This document shows positions 1 to 15,451 of a stretch of DNA of 64,000 nt, one piece after another. Position 1 is the stretch's first letter; every line of letters starts with the position of its first letter. The DNA comes from Trichoplax sp. H2 (Eukaryota). A program made the position numbers and the translations under genes. Below the pieces are notes generated by a model. It was not told the DNA's origin. It ran no database searches and saw nothing but the letters and a program-made list of their open reading frames with translations. The stretch spans positions 1 through 64,000 of the forward strand of contig NOWV01000235.1 in NCBI GenBank assembly GCA_003344405.1. The letters are read 5' to 3'.

Positions 1-3000
1 CTACCCTCGATTACGTTTTCCTTATTTCTTTCCTAAATGGTCCGTATATTGAGTATTTAATTCGATCTTCTATGTTTTTATTTTGATATCAGGATAATTG
101 AGTAGTAGTCAATCGAAATGTTACCTTCAAACCATGGTATCCTTATTTTCCCCTTAAATATTCTGTGAACTTACAATAATCGAATTGTCTCCATAAGTGA
201 TATTTCTAGTAGCAGTTACGCTATTATAAACTATTACACTGATATAAAAGTACTAGCTCTAAGCCATTTCAGTGCCCCACTTTAGGATGGAGATATGCGA
301 TATTAACCAATGTTGATCTTAGCATTAACCCAAAATCCTACTTTAGGTGTGGTAAATATAATCAACTGATCGCTGAAGGTTGTCTTTCATAATTTATATA
401 ACTAATCTTTACTGACTTCACTTTTGGTAAAGAATTGTACGAATATTATTTGTCGATCAATATTTATAGGAGTAATTTTTAAAGTTGTTTTTGGCTTATA
501 AATGAATATAGTACCGGATTGTCCTCATTGCAACTCGATCGATTAATAAATATTGACCAATAATATGTACTGGAGATTATTTTTATATCGAAGTGACCTT
601 TACATTTAATTTCAAAGTCTTATCATTTTCATGTATATCTCATCCTTATCCTTCAATTCCTTTAAGTCTTACTGCTCCATCTTCAATTAAATGCAATTCA
701 GAAGATTTTATTATCTCAATAGAAATTGTATTTATCTTCCATATATATGATTATTTTCAATTTGTTTCTTTTCTCCTCAAATAGATCAAGCCATGATTAA
801 ATATGGTTTAATTGATGGTATCTGATGAGATTTATTTGAAAGATAACTATCTTTTTGTTGATCTTTAACTTGGTTATTTTTAGATGGGATAGTATTACGA
901 AATGATAGTTCATTTTTATTGGCATCAAGGCTTGGAAATGATTGCTTTCAGTCTGAATTTGCATCTTGTCAAATCTTTTGAGCTATGATTAATTGAGTGA
1001 TAGCAGACAATACAATTAAGGAATCATTTAGCATTTAAACATCCGTTAGACAATTCAATTTTCTGTCCCTCACTTTTTATTGTACAGGAAAATCCTTTCG
1101 TTCCACGTAATTCATATGCAAGTCATTAAGCAGCAATAAGTGAATCATTAACGGATGAATTTTAGCATGACCCTTTGATATGTAATTCATCATTTAGCTT
1201 ATATGAAGTTCTCTATCTCACTATAAGATTCTTTCATGACCATAGTCTATATCATTTCCATGTCAATCGTATGCCCGCCACTGAATTAAGTACATTACCT
1301 CATTTTATATTCATGTTGACTCCATTGAGTTTAGCTGAGATTAATGGATCGTTCATGGATGATATTTTAGAAGGATAATCTGATATTTCAATATTCATTC
1401 TTAATTATAGCAATCTCTATCCTTCTGATTGCATTGCTACAACTTACATCTTTTTCGAATGCTACGGATGTTATTGAAATAAATAGATTAGCTCGATCTA
1501 TATTTATATCTACACAATCTGAAGAGCTATCATTCATGACCCTTAACTAATAGTATTTCTTGATTGCTATGCAAAGTCTATGTCATTGTTACGTCAAGTC
1601 AGGCATGCGATAGAAATGAACGGATCATCCCATTCGTTGCATCTCGATCTACTCCAACCTATTGAGCTATAATTGCTGCCTAGTTGATCGATCCTCTTTC
1701 AGGAGTATCATGTGAGATCTCAAGATTTATTTTGAATATTTTCGTTCTCCATCATTGTCTATGATTGTATTGCAAGAGTCAGCATTATTTCCTCTGCAAT
1801 AGCATGCATAGGATTGGATTGTTTGAGTCTGCGTTAGCTCAATTGGTTCTCATGTCAAGCCGATTGAATGATCAAACCTTTGATCATTCTCCCTTGTTGT
1901 ATAGAATGAACTGGTTTTGGCTGGTGGCCTTGTCGACTGGATGTTTATTCTATATTAGCTACATTGATCATTGTCATCAACAATAGACGGACGATAATGA
2001 TTTCAAGTCAATTGATCCACTAGTCGACCAACGATGAAGAAAATTTGCAATTGAATAGCTTAAAAAATAACCAATTGAACAATAAAAATAAACTAACTGG
2101 TTTAAATGCAACTTGATAAGCACCAATAACGGGATAAGATAAAAAAAGAAGGAACAAAGGGATTGATGATTAATTAATATCTTATTTGATTGTATTGTAC
2201 AACAATACCGTTATCTATTATTATCTAAGCAGGAACGTCATGCGTTGTCTTCCCACGTTCAACTCTAGGCTGGTTGATTGACAACATTAGGTCGCCGTCA
2301 ATAGCAATTGTTCTATTCTAATCTATACAATCGTCCTATTTCTACTGACAACAACTATTGCAAGCTAGGGTAATTATCAAGGCCGATGGTAAAGATTAAT
2401 AATTGAATTTTGCTCGATGGTAACAATCCCAGCCTGACCAACTGTTTTTTTTCCCTTGGATGAGTTTTTTCCCTCCTCCCCTTCTCGATCATCGTCGCTA
2501 GCCCTTATGACTAGCGGTGACAATAAGAAATTCTTAGGCAATATACCTATGACAAACCAGACTAGCGACTCCAACTCGTTATTATTCCAATCTTCCTGCT
2601 TGATCTAATGTAAGCCACTATTCAATCTTGTAGCTTGGCAGTATTTGATCTTTTTTTTATGCTATCGTCATCAATTTCCAGATAGAGAAATTCGATCATC
2701 AAGGTGATGATTTAATCATGTTGATCAGTATTCGATCGTCGTATCTAATATTATCTTAATCACTTTGGAAAAGAAGTTTTTTTGATCTAATTTTTTTTGG
2801 ATCCTGGGCTTTATTTTCGCTCCTCTTTTTAGTGACTGTAATTAGCATACTTACAGTTGTTATGATCATCGTGGCAATAGGATTGAGTAAAAACTTCTAT
2901 TCTTTCCGACTTTTTTTTTAGACCTTATTGAAATTTTTTTCTCAACTTTGCGCGTTTGATCGGTTGATTTTTTAATTAGCGCCCAACTATTGACTTGTAA

Positions 3001-4218
3001 CATTAATTCTACTGTCTGTGACTCATCATTTACATCGCTTTTATCTAGCAAGAATTGGGTTATCTATTCTATTGCTTTACTTTATTCCATCAATAGCATT
3101 AGGCAAAATAACTGGATACAAGGTAATGTCTATAGCGATTAGAATTTCCACTACCAACCGCGGATATTTTTTATTTTATTAATGTATCGGCTGATAGTAT
3201 TATTTATAACTGTTAATCTTGTCCTTTTTCTACACCTTCATCTTAATTAATAAGGTTGAAAAAAGAAAATATTATTTCGTTGAATAACGGCTTCAATTGA
3301 CAACGTTTGATGGCTTTTTCTCGACCTTTGGCCACTGATTGATCCAGTACAGACAACGGCGTAGAAAAAATTGGCATTTTTTTCCTGCAACGCTTGTTGT
3401 ATTACTGGCCTTCATCAATTCATCTTCATAGTAAACCGGAGTGACAAAAAAAAGTATTTGATCGCTTACAATTTCCTCTCAAGTTCCTTTTGCTCCCTTT
3501 TAACCTAATTGGCTGTGAAGCAATCCTGAAGATTGAAATAATATTCAATCATCAATTTAGACAGAGCCATCGGATATTGACTTTATTCTTAATCAACTTG
3601 CTCCAGTGCGTTATACCCTTGAGCAGCAAGCGAACAACGTCATAATCTATTTCAAGATAGCTAACGTGGACACAAGATTCATCCTATCCTACGTCGATAC
3701 AAGCAGATTCCCTTAGCAAAAATTATTGATATTAGTTCAATAAAAGGGACTAAAAATATTTTTATTTTCTATTCCTTGCCCATCTTAATCAGTTAGTCAT
3801 ACCTTGTATTAGCGTTTTAAGCGTCGATTAAAATCCGTTTTGAATTGGATTCTATTTATCGCTATCAAACAAGGTAATCCATTTGGTCGGTTAAGAAATT
3901 GGTTTTTATTACACTAAATCGCAATAATACGTTTAAGAATTAAATTGATTTGTTCATCAGCGACAAAATCTTATTTTTCGTCATCGCTAATCATCGAAAT
4001 TTCAAGTTAGTTCCACGTATTGCTCCTTTTGGTCGGTAATTGCACCACCACACTAGAAAATTTGCTTCCTATTGCAACCAGTCTGCTGCTAGTGATTGAA
4101 ACTAAATTCGCATAACTTTACCTGGAAATAGTTCTTCTCGAATTATTTTTGATCACTTTTTAATATCCATTGCTTGGATTAATAATTTGCAGTCTTGAGA
4201 CTTACGCAGTATTTCAAT

Positions 4219-7200
4219 ATGGCAATGAATCAACATCGATTGCTCTGTCTGTGTCTGCTTCTGTCTTGCTCTATGTATTTTATGGTCGCTACTGTGGAGG
4301 CTCGTGATCAGCAATGCTACAATGTTGCTAATCATTTTAGAAGTAAACAATTACCGATTAATTCACATTCGTTGAATCCTATACCAGGTAAGTTATTTTA
4401 TGTCGTTATAGCCTGTCGGTTTCATATTTTTAACTCTACGATTTCATTTTTCCGTTATTGTTGATTGCGTATAGTCTTAGACGGCTAATATTGCACGCAG
4501 ATCTAGATACGAAATGGTCTTAACTTTATTTCGTTATTCGTCTACCGTCTAAACTTTACTTTTTCATCATACCTTAAGACAAATCTTAACTTTTTCGTTT
4601 AACTTGATAATTTGGCTCGTACGGTCGGGATTAATACTATAAATTTAATCATTTTCTGGAAGGAGATAAATTGAAACGAGGTAGAATCGAAAATCAATAT
4701 CCATGCAGTCCGAAGGATAATTCGTGGAGATTGCTTACTCTCTATAGATTAACATTAGCAGTACCTTATCGACTCACATTTACATTTCTGCCAAATACAT
4801 CAAAATCATGAAGGGTTATTTACTTTACTGGGCAGATAGAATATATTTATTAACCATATTCTCATGAGCTTAGTTCCATGCAATAATTTTTAATGATGCA
4901 TTGCAGATTCATCTAGTTCTGGAAAATGCTCGATCAATTTCATTTCTGCCGTAATCTTATTTTCCAGACATAATGTACTTCCCGTTCTAATAACTAATAG
5001 ATCATATATTAAATCATCATCTGGGTGATGGTATTTCTAGCATAAATTGCTGATTAGGAAATAGATTGCGCACATAAAATGGTAGAATATTCTTTCAGTT
5101 TTTACCCTTTTGTCTGGAAAATGATTTTCCAGACGGGGCGATTAATTCGTGAAATAACGAAATACTTAGTCTTTCCGCACCTCTACTGTTAATCTATCCA
5201 AGATTACATCTTGTTACAAATTGGCTATAATATCGAGAAAATTAGTCTATGAAAGAATAACAGTAAATTTTTTCCTACCCGATTCCGTATTATTTGATTT
5301 GAAAAGCATAGGATATGTAAAATAACAAATCTCCTATCCTTGCATCACTAGATAATACTGTAATAGCCTCGAATATATGATATTTCTACTATACAATGTA
5401 GATTGAAGCATCATAATCACAGAAGATTATTTTAGGGCTAGAAAATTTCACGGATATGCTTAATAGTGTATATTAATTTAGCATAATGGAATAGCAGTAC
5501 TTTAGAAATTTATTATCGGGTTGAAACTCTCAATTTTCTGAAACGTTATGTGATTATACACGCTATTTGGATAAGTAAATATAGATGATTTTATTTGAAT
5601 ATATCTATATTATGAAAGTCTAGGCAATAAATTCAAAGTTTACGTCTGGAATAGACAAGAATAAATTTATTCAGTAGTTCCCTTATGTCAGCCATAAGGC
5701 TTTCCAATTTTGATGTATCATTTAGTATAAACATTTGACTTGTAAGTGTTGCTTAAGTTGAAAGCAATAATATGGATAATTCTCGCGGTGTATTAAGAAT
5801 GACAAAGAGGAATATCAAGGGGTTGCGGCAATTTCATAAATTCTTATATTAAAAAGAAACCCAGTATAACATAATAGACAGTTTTAAGTTGATATCTCTT
5901 CTATTTTACGTCTCAGTAACTGATCATTAAGTTTGACTAAAATGGTTTACTTATTTACAATTAAAATTTATTTATAGAGTTAAAGCTGAATGTTAAAAAA
6001 TTATCGCTAGACTATTTGTTGTTCAAATAGTAGTAGACGTTAGATTGTAAATAATCGTAGCTAGACAAAATTATTTATTCGAAAGTTCAAAGATTCACGA
6101 ATAGAAACAATAGTTTTAGTGTCTTGATCCAGTTCCAGTTTATTCTGTGGCTTTATAATAAACCAAGAAGCAGTTGCTTGAAATTATATCACTAAATGCA
6201 AGAAATCAAACCCATATTTACTTTAATAAAAAACTTCTATCTTGGGTATGATCTCATCCAATGTTTATTAATATTTATTACTGATATTATTTCAACATCA
6301 CATATCTTACTCATCCTAGACTCATTTCAGTTCTCATTAAGTAGAATTTACTTTCGAAAGTCAATATATCTATAAAAAGAAAGCAATTGGAATATAATTT
6401 AGTTCTATAATATGATAAACGTTTCGATCAGCTAATTATTCTCTGGGCCCATGATAGTAGTATTTCTAGATAAATTGATATAGGAATAATGTTCGGAAAA
6501 AGCTATGATTCCGAAAGGAAATGGTTGACTACTAATTACGATGTAGATATGGATTCCATTTTCATACTGTAGTTCCTGTTATTAGCAATAAATCGATAAA
6601 TACAGACAATTAGTTGTAGCTACTTTTCATTTAGTAGTATTTTTTCATTTTGATACCAGTTCATATCTTTTGATAATGGTCTATCATACTAGACAACCAC
6701 TTAGAACAACAAGTCAAACTGTTCATTTCTTTCCATGATTTTTTCCAATGTTAAATAATAAATAGCGTAAAAGACTAAATTACAGTGTTCAGACAATGTA
6801 TGATTTTATTGTCTAGATGTTTAATAATGAAAGAAAATGCGTCATATCATTTCTAACACTCTTATTTTTTCGCGACTTGACGGAAATATAGGAACTTCAT
6901 TACAACATTGTACCTGTAAATGGACATGTTGTACGCGACAATCGGAGAAACTCCTTCATGATCGAGTATTAACTGAATTAGCCTCAATCGGACCCAATGA
7001 AACTAATATTATGAATCATGATTTATCTACATTTATCACTGAATTTCAAGGTAAGTTAATATTTGATCAATGGATACAAGAATAGAATAGATTTAATAAT
7101 TTCAATTTAGCGATGTTTATACTTCGGACGAACTATCAATCGAGGCAAAACTGAGCCAATAACAATTGAATCTATTTTCAATGTGATTTACCGTTGAAAA

Positions 7201-10200
7201 TCTTTCTAACCAAATTATACGAGTTCAAATTGCTACTAAATGAAAATTGAGTCATAGAATTGCAGTAAATTTCAGAACTTGATGAACGTTTGATATCTAA
7301 AGCGCACACGTATAGCCAGACTAGAAGAAGTGACAACTGGACAACGTACATCTACGATATTGATCAGTGACATATAATACATATCAATATTCATCAACTG
7401 TAATTTTGGAAATATCGTTAGCAATTAGATATTGATGGTGTCGGCAATATTGATCTTTAATTGAAATTTCGCCACTATTATTTTTCATCAGTTTCAATCG
7501 ACTTTATCGTTAAAATTTGTGTTGCAATCCAATTTTAGCATCCAAATGTGTATAAAAATTTATCACAGCATCTGTGAATTTGTAGCGCTACTTCACTATA
7601 AGTGTTTAACAATTAACTAACAATGCATGGTAGCGAATGCCAAACTGGAGCACATATACATTTGTTGTCTTAGCTTAGATTATTATGGACTTATAAGTCA
7701 TTTAAGCTGACAGTAACAGAGCTAAACGGATGATAAATACGTGATCTTATCGTTATTAGTCAATATCTAATTACATTTCCTATAGGATATGAATTCTTGC
7801 TTAAAATCTTTAACTTCCTTCCGATGTTGAAATACATGTATCCATAAATGGATTATCTTGCCGTATATCTCCCTAGATCTTGACTTTTGCTACACTTCAA
7901 TAACTATCATTTTCGCTGATTTTAAGATTAGCAACTAGCCAGACTTAGTTCTTAATCAAATTACTGATCAACATATGCAAGGATTACATGTGATAGAAAG
8001 GTGTATTTTCATTTGGCTTCCAGTGTTTTACGGCAATTGTTTACTTTTCAATTATGAATCTAGAGTATCATTTTAACGGCACCTACTATCTAGATAGAAG
8101 TCTTCCAAGCATATTAGTCGACTCATAGAATTTTCTCTTTGCCTCAACTATGAATCTGGCACATAATAGCACATAGTTGGGCATTTTAGAAGCGACGATT
8201 AGGCTAAATTTGCTTTTCAAATTCATGATAGATTTCTTTATTAGTCAGTAGGTATCGAATTAAGTTTAATATATCATACCAAAACGAGGGCAACAATATT
8301 TACCGACCCTATAAATTTAGTTTTCTGGTTTGATCTCATAAAAATTAAACACATTTTTTAGTCAATTACTATCCAGTATGGACTCTGATATTGAAATTCT
8401 ATTTTCTCTTGTAATATTCCAGATCTTATGATTACATTAAATGTAACATGGCTAAGTGTCGGCTAAGGGGATTCAAATTAATTTATATATTCCATATTTT
8501 AATATCATCCAATATAGCCTAATTCATTATTAATCTCAACCTGCTGACTTAAATACAGACTAAGCATTTGATGCTGTATCAAAATTCTATGCTTTCTATT
8601 TGGTCTACTACGGATTATATCATCAATTTTAATCCAGTATGGCATAGGCAGTAGTGTAAAATTTTTAGCTCTGTTAAGTAGTCACAATTATTAATTTACT
8701 ACGATCCTTTATAGATTTAAGACTACGGTTTATTTGGCTACATTTAAAAGAAATTACTAAATGGTTGCAATAGTAGAAAATTACATTTTTATTAGTTATT
8801 TTGGGAAAATTCATTTTTACCTCTTTAACATTTATTCCTCTAAATTAATACTGTACTATTTTAATATTGAAATATTAGCTTTGGATATTTGTTTTTATTA
8901 CTTTATGGATAACTCAAGTTTCTTTATTTGCCTAAATTCCTGACTCGATTAAATTCAAATTGAGAAAGTAAATACATTGCAGTCCGTGTCTCTATCTTTT
9001 TTAATTGATTTTATAAAAGCCTCATAATAGCAGTTCCCATACAGCTAGATTTCGAAATAGGAGTTGTACCGTCATGTATTCATGCCACAAGAATTAAATT
9101 TATTCTGTTCTGTTTGATATTTGCTACTACTGTCTCGTATATTTATAATTATTACTCTTTAATATTATAGCCACAGCCATCATTAGCCAATACGATCAGA
9201 GCTGTTGCGTAAAATAATGTCTACGGCTTGAATTATTGATTTATTAATTTTTTCTTTTTGATCACGTTATTGTATCCTATTATTATTTATCCCATTTACT
9301 TTCTACTGTATTTATCCATTGCTCATTCAAGTTAGTGAATGAAAAAAATTATTCGATATCTTAGAAATTTAATTAAAAGTAATAATCAATCTATTGTTAA
9401 TCTCGCATATAGCAGTTACTATTATTTGACAAAATTTTAATATTAATGATGAAAGATGATAATTAAAGGGCTATCAAAAATAGATTTGGCAACTCTTATT
9501 TATCTACATATAGAATTATATATCGATATGAGGATAGTCAGTAGATGCACTGTATAATTTTCAATATTATAGTATTACACAGTGTCTGCAAAACTGATGT
9601 AGCCATCAACGAGTTACGTTTTAATTAAATTTCTTGATGAGTCAAAAGCCATGTGAGTAAAAAGTGTCTAACTCTCGATTATCTCTCGCAATATTAGCAT
9701 TCTTATCGATTGCTAGTACTTATTAAAACGTGACCATAGGGACTGTTATTGACACTTTATGTCTAGATATAAAAGCTATCAGACTAATGATGATTCATTC
9801 AAACGTTACTGAAGTTTATTACTAATGGAACAATACGTATTGATAGCGTGCTGATTTGTTGAATTCTATATTCTAGGGCATATTTCTAAGAATATCGACG
9901 ATGCTGAAAAATTCATGAATTATGTTTATGGTGTTGCTTACCCTGATGTTTATCCAATGAACAAGGATATTTTTACTCAATTTTATTCCTCTTTACGCCA
10001 TTTTATGAATGGAAATTTAAATAATTTGGAAAATCCGCTGAAAGAGCTATATACTGAATTAGTTGTTCGAGGTTTTAGTTATAAAAGTATCAAATTCGAT
10101 TTTAATCCTAAAGTACGAAATTGTGTTAAGCAACTGATTACAACTAATGCTAAGATGCCTGGTTATCCTGATAAAGTTATCGAGAAAACAAAACGAGTTA

Positions 10201-12389
10201 TGGACAAGACACGTGGCGTTTTGGCCTTATTAATTCAGTTACGGAAACAAATTCCAGCATTAAGTCAAATGAAGGCCGGCCAAAGTTGCGATCGGGCTGT
10301 GGTCAATATGCATGTTTGCTCTATTTGTGCAGCGTTTAGTGTTCCACCCTGCAATAAATATTGCCAGCATGTATTAGCAGATTGTTATTATGACCAAGTC
10401 TACATTACTAAGATTTTCCATGATCTATCCATCAATTTAAAGCTATTAATTGAGCAAATATCAAGCCATTACAATATGAAAGAAGCGTTAGGAGAATTAA
10501 CGAAAGATATTTCAATATTTGTTTCGGCATTTGATGCTTCACCTTCATCGATTACTGATCCGGTAAGATGAATAGCCTTCGAAAAAGACTACGTTGAAAG
10601 GTTTAGTCATATTAGTAGAATGTAATTCTTCACGTACATTATTAGCCAATATTATAATCTGCTTAGTCATTATTAGTGCTGAAATTGCTAATTACCGTAC
10701 TCTATTGTTTTATTTCATTGCTATAAACTAAATTTTAAAAATAAATTCACATACTAATAGCTGCTCTATTTTAAATTAATAAAGTGTATGAATTTTCATT
10801 TTGCTAGATTACTAAGAACTGCAAGAGTCTACAGAATAAGCGGGAGAGACGATCAGCTGATAATGATTTTGTCGTTGATGGCATATCAAAAGATCAAGTT
10901 CACTTACGTAGTAAAAAAGCGGCCAATAACATGTTAGCATCAGCCGGAATTAAGAATAATCGAAATGGTAGGTGGTATATTAGTTATGATATTGCTTAAA
11001 AAACTGCTGATCGATTGATTGAGACTGTTATTTAGTTTTACTTACACTCTCGTCTTAAATTTAGATAAGGCTTACGAGAAATTCTTACAAAATTTATCCA
11101 ACGTATTGGAATCAGGTCAGTTCTCATGGGAGAAAGTCATCGATCGAGCATGCTTATCTCATTTTTCAGCTAAAACAACAACGCAATGTTGGAATGGAAC
11201 TGGTGTTGGAAGGTAACTATGAAGATTAAATTGAATTATATTTCATATGATAATATTGGTCTTGTAGGTATCCAGTATTCTTTCAGTACCGGTATCCAAT
11301 TCTTCTCTAATTACAATATATTTCATGCTTTTATACTTATTTAACATTGGGATTGGGATATTATAATTGACTGATACTAAATTCGGTTCCATCTGAATAG
11401 TAGATACAACTAGGAACGATTTTAAATTTTTCGTATCTTAGTATCGAAGTTACTAATGGAAAAATAATAAATTTAGTATCAGTTATTAATGAAAGCTAAA
11501 TACTCAACACTATTTTGACTAGCTATGTTCTCTTTGATATAAGATAGTCATTAATCAACGATTTTGAAAGATTGCTTCGATTAAAATTAACACAGATACA
11601 ACGATGTTGATATGTAGTTATGCCTAGTAGTTATTTAAACGTTATGTGTTGCTAAGTATCAATATTATCTAGGCACTAAATAGAAGTTTTCCTCCTTTCA
11701 ATAGTTTCTCTGTTTCGCCGAATTTTGTCTGGAATAATCAAATATCTGTCGAATCAACCTATATCGCTGATAGACTAATTAAACTTATGGATACAACCAT
11801 TAAAGGTATTCAAAATAAGCCTGTGGAATATCCACAATTAGAAATTTATAAGACCCCAGCATCAAGCGGTTTCAGCGGCAGCGGAAACCCTACTGATAAC
11901 GACGATACGAGTGAGGACGATGATGATGGAAATGATGGAAATGTTAGTGGCAACGCGTCAGGTGGGTTCTCTGGATCTAGCGCTAATCCTGAGGTTAAAG
12001 GCAATACTGGCGGTACAGAAGCATCTACAACTGATAATACACCAACAATCATATTTAAGCCATTAACAGTAGCTACGCGATATATTAAAACAACAACACC
12101 ACCGAAAACAGAGCTAACAACAACAGCAAACAAGCCTTCAACATCGGCGACTACTGAAGCTAAAACAACACAAAGTACTACGAAAACTACTACAAAAACT
12201 GTTACAACAAAATCAATAACATCTTCCGATACTACAAGGAAAGGAACGGTTGGAAATCAAAATTTACAAGAGGATCCAACGACAACGAGTAGTGCTAAGG
12301 CTCATCGAAGTTACTCTACCGCATCGACATTACTCATTAGCGGTTTAGCTTATGCTTTACTCCATACAAACGTATTATCATCGTTATGA
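4219..12389 (+). CDS. GPC: Glypican (GPI-anchored heparan sulfate proteoglycan), 6 coding exons, ~668 aa
   Basis: Exons 4219-4387, 6892-7050, 9877-10562, 10808-10967, 11065-11212, 11705-12389, all GT-AG with matching phases (2007 nt total, divisible by 3). Signal peptide (LLCLCLLLSCSMYFMVATVEA); glypican cysteine pattern (CTCKWTCCT; CDRAVVNMHVCSIC...PCNKYC...DC; CWNG); furin site RERR in exon 4; Ser-Gly/acidic HS-attachment cluster; hydrophobic C-terminal GPI signal. Subfamily not assigned. Confidence 0.9.
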
Positions 12390-15300
12390 TAATATTAGCC
12401 AAGCGAAATTCAATCACAACTTCAAGGTTAATTCATACTTTTTATAATCATCGAGTAAAATTAATCAAGAATTAGTCTTGACTTCAAATGAATCAATAGA
12501 TGCAATTGGAATGGTATTAAAATATCACGTAGTGCTTGATAAGTTAAATAGAAAAAAATAAACCATAGAGAAATTAAGCATGTTATGCTTAATTAATCTA
12601 TTACCTGTATCTCTCTCTAACCCACATACACTATATATATTTACCTTTCTTTAAATATATATGATGCATATATATGACTATTTACATATCTAACATTATG
12701 TGAGTTTCCCACTCCTTTAAAATCTTCACCATTCTTTATTCTGCAGCGATAATTCAATCCACTACAAAAAATATTGATCCAACAATTACATGAAAATATC
12801 ATGTCAATTTACTAATAGATATCAAAATTTGATCATTATTTTAGTTATAAATGGTATTATTGTCGATAAATGATCAGTATTATTGGCAATCGATGTATAA
12901 TATAGTTTACATCTACGTTATTGAACTAATAAGATATAAACGATCGAATTGTTGCAATTCAGCTGATATTGATTATTTCTAGATTTACACTTAGCAATAA
13001 TGTGGCAAAAATATCGTTTTGATACCAACCCATCTATTTAATCAATAAGTAATATTTTAAACGCGATATTATATCAATCAGCTGGGTAAAAAGGACGAGA
13101 GTATAATTTGAAAGGATCCATTTGGTAAATTTAACTCCATCCTTGATAACATTATCGGTACGATAATTTGGCAATCATTTTTTTCGTGATCTGGTTTATG
13201 CAAATATACGTAAAGTGGTACGTAAGCAATTTTATCGTGATCGTATTTAATTTTGAAACTTAATATCTGTATTCAAAATCGTTAACTTGAGCACTTATAT
13301 ATGTATATTGGTGTTTATAATCGCGATTTCTATATAAAAATATAGGCATTATTACATATACTGTATAAATATGGATTTTATTCCAACCTTATATGAAAAA
13401 ATAATGGTCAATTTTTGTTATCATAGTGGTAGAGTAAAATTTTCCACAGATAACTGAATTGCATAATTTACGTAGTTATTTCAGTAACTGAGTAGTCCAT
13501 TAACAAATGTAATATAATGTTAATGTTGTTGTTGGCGTAATAGTTGTTTCCAAAGTTGTCTTCAATTTACTTGATTCATTCGGTAAATATATATGTCATT
13601 TAATATACCACAAAATATTAAATTGAGACAGCTGTGATTATGATTTTAAATAACTGCTGCAGTATACAGACTAATTTTCACTATTTTAACCATGTAAAAA
13701 TCGCTATACCTTAAATTATGGTCTGGGTTTGTCAAGGGATCAAGGGAAGATTATATCAATATTTGGTAATTCAAGAATGATTACTAGTACAAATCCTTCT
13801 AATTAACATGATCTAACTTGCTCATTTTATGTATCTATTCTTAACTATTTGAACCGTCAAAAGGAAATTAATCAATATTAATCACAAATTATAATTAAAA
13901 TGTTCTTCAAATATCATTTAATCATTATTTCAATGTAATACCTATGCTTCCTGCTATGCTATGGACAGAATCAGTCATTAAACAATTTGGACTTCGATCA
14001 AATAAAGTAATTTTCACTAATTCCTTAATGCATTCCCTCGTATTTACTTCGATTGCGAATTCTCTCAAGGCTTATTCGGTTAATTCGCTCAATTTTAATT
14101 ATGTTATGATTCTTCCTCGTTATGATGGCATGCAACAGTTTTGAAAATCTTTAATTTTTAATGGTAATTAGTCTTTGAAATGTATTCAACTATTTCTGCA
14201 GCCATTTTATTCACAATATGATCTTCAAGTAATATTAGCTGAAACATTAACACAAGGTGATAAAAAAGCTTGATAGATTTAAAATCTGGATAAGTAGTAT
14301 CGATTGCATGCAATCTTTTAGGCAAATAGTAAATCCTTAGCTGTAAAGATCAGGTCAAGAGACTAAGCTCATATAAAAACATTTTATGATATATAATTTA
14401 CAAGCTTTTCACGCATCTGCAGATATACAACAGCATAAAATTGTGATACAAATTGTATAATGTAAAAAGTTTAACTAACTATGGAAGTCAGTATACAGTT
14501 TTAAGATATATTACTTCGATATGCCACTCAACTCGTCACTTCGTTACATAACTGGACTATCACCATTTCGCCGTAACGTTTGCCGCATAATAATATGTAG
14601 AGAAATAAAACATATCTTGCAAGGTTGATAGAAAAGATGATTAGTCGATGTTGTTTCGAAACAATTTAAAAAATATAAAAATAATCAACAAGAATCGATA
14701 TCTGTTTTCTGTTTCAGTTTGTTAATACCCAGATTCGATTTTTGAGTCTTTTAATTTAACTGAAACAAAACAAGACAACTATTTAATAAGGATTATCTTA
14801 CTATAAATTACTTTTGTCGATTAACTAATAATTTCCTTAACGCAAAATCTATATTGACAACCAGCTTCTGATAAAAATTGATTGCACTTCTTAAAAATAA
14901 AATTGATCAAAATATGTCAAAAGATATAGTATCAGGTCATTTTTCTGCAATTTCAATGTCCATCATATATAAATTATATTATTAATCATATGGCGTTATT
15001 ATAACGTCGTATTTCAATAATATTGTTCTATTTGTAGATTACGTTTTAGAGTGGAAAAATAGTGATCGGGATAAAATTCATTAGTATTAATATGACTGTA
15101 AATCAAATTTAAACTTTAGTTACAGTCATGTATTTAATCTACTTTTCAAAAGCATCAATGGCAAATATATTTGCCAATACAGCATACGCAAAAGAGATGA
15201 TTTACTGTACATTAACGCTATTAATGAAAAACTTGATGAAAGCACATTAGTAGCATTGCACTGAGATAAAAATTGATGTAATATACAAAATGATATTCCC

Positions 15301-15451
15301 TGCGTTTGCAATGTAGCTGACCAAGGCGATACTGATTTGTGCAGTTACGGATACTACACTGTTAAAGTGCCTAGCAATTCTTCTTTTTTTGCAAAACGTA
15401 AACTAAGCATGTGCAAATTTACAGGCAACGTGCAGAAGCTTGGAAGCAGAG

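Noticed and set aside
9572..9652. Possible extra glypican exon ending at GTGAGT
   Set aside because: Exon 2 joins exon 3 directly in phase with glypican-like spacing, so no extra exon is needed, and the phase of this segment does not fit.
11846..12133. Antisense 95-aa ORF
   Set aside because: Shadow of the low-complexity glypican last exon.
12572..12594. 10-bp AT-rich hairpin in the glypican 3' region
   Set aside because: Short AT-rich stems are expected by chance at this base composition.
14150..14760. Acceptor-like sites and short open frames downstream of the Rubicon stop on the minus strand
   Set aside because: No recognisable homology; could be 3'UTR or chance and cannot be supported without transcripts.
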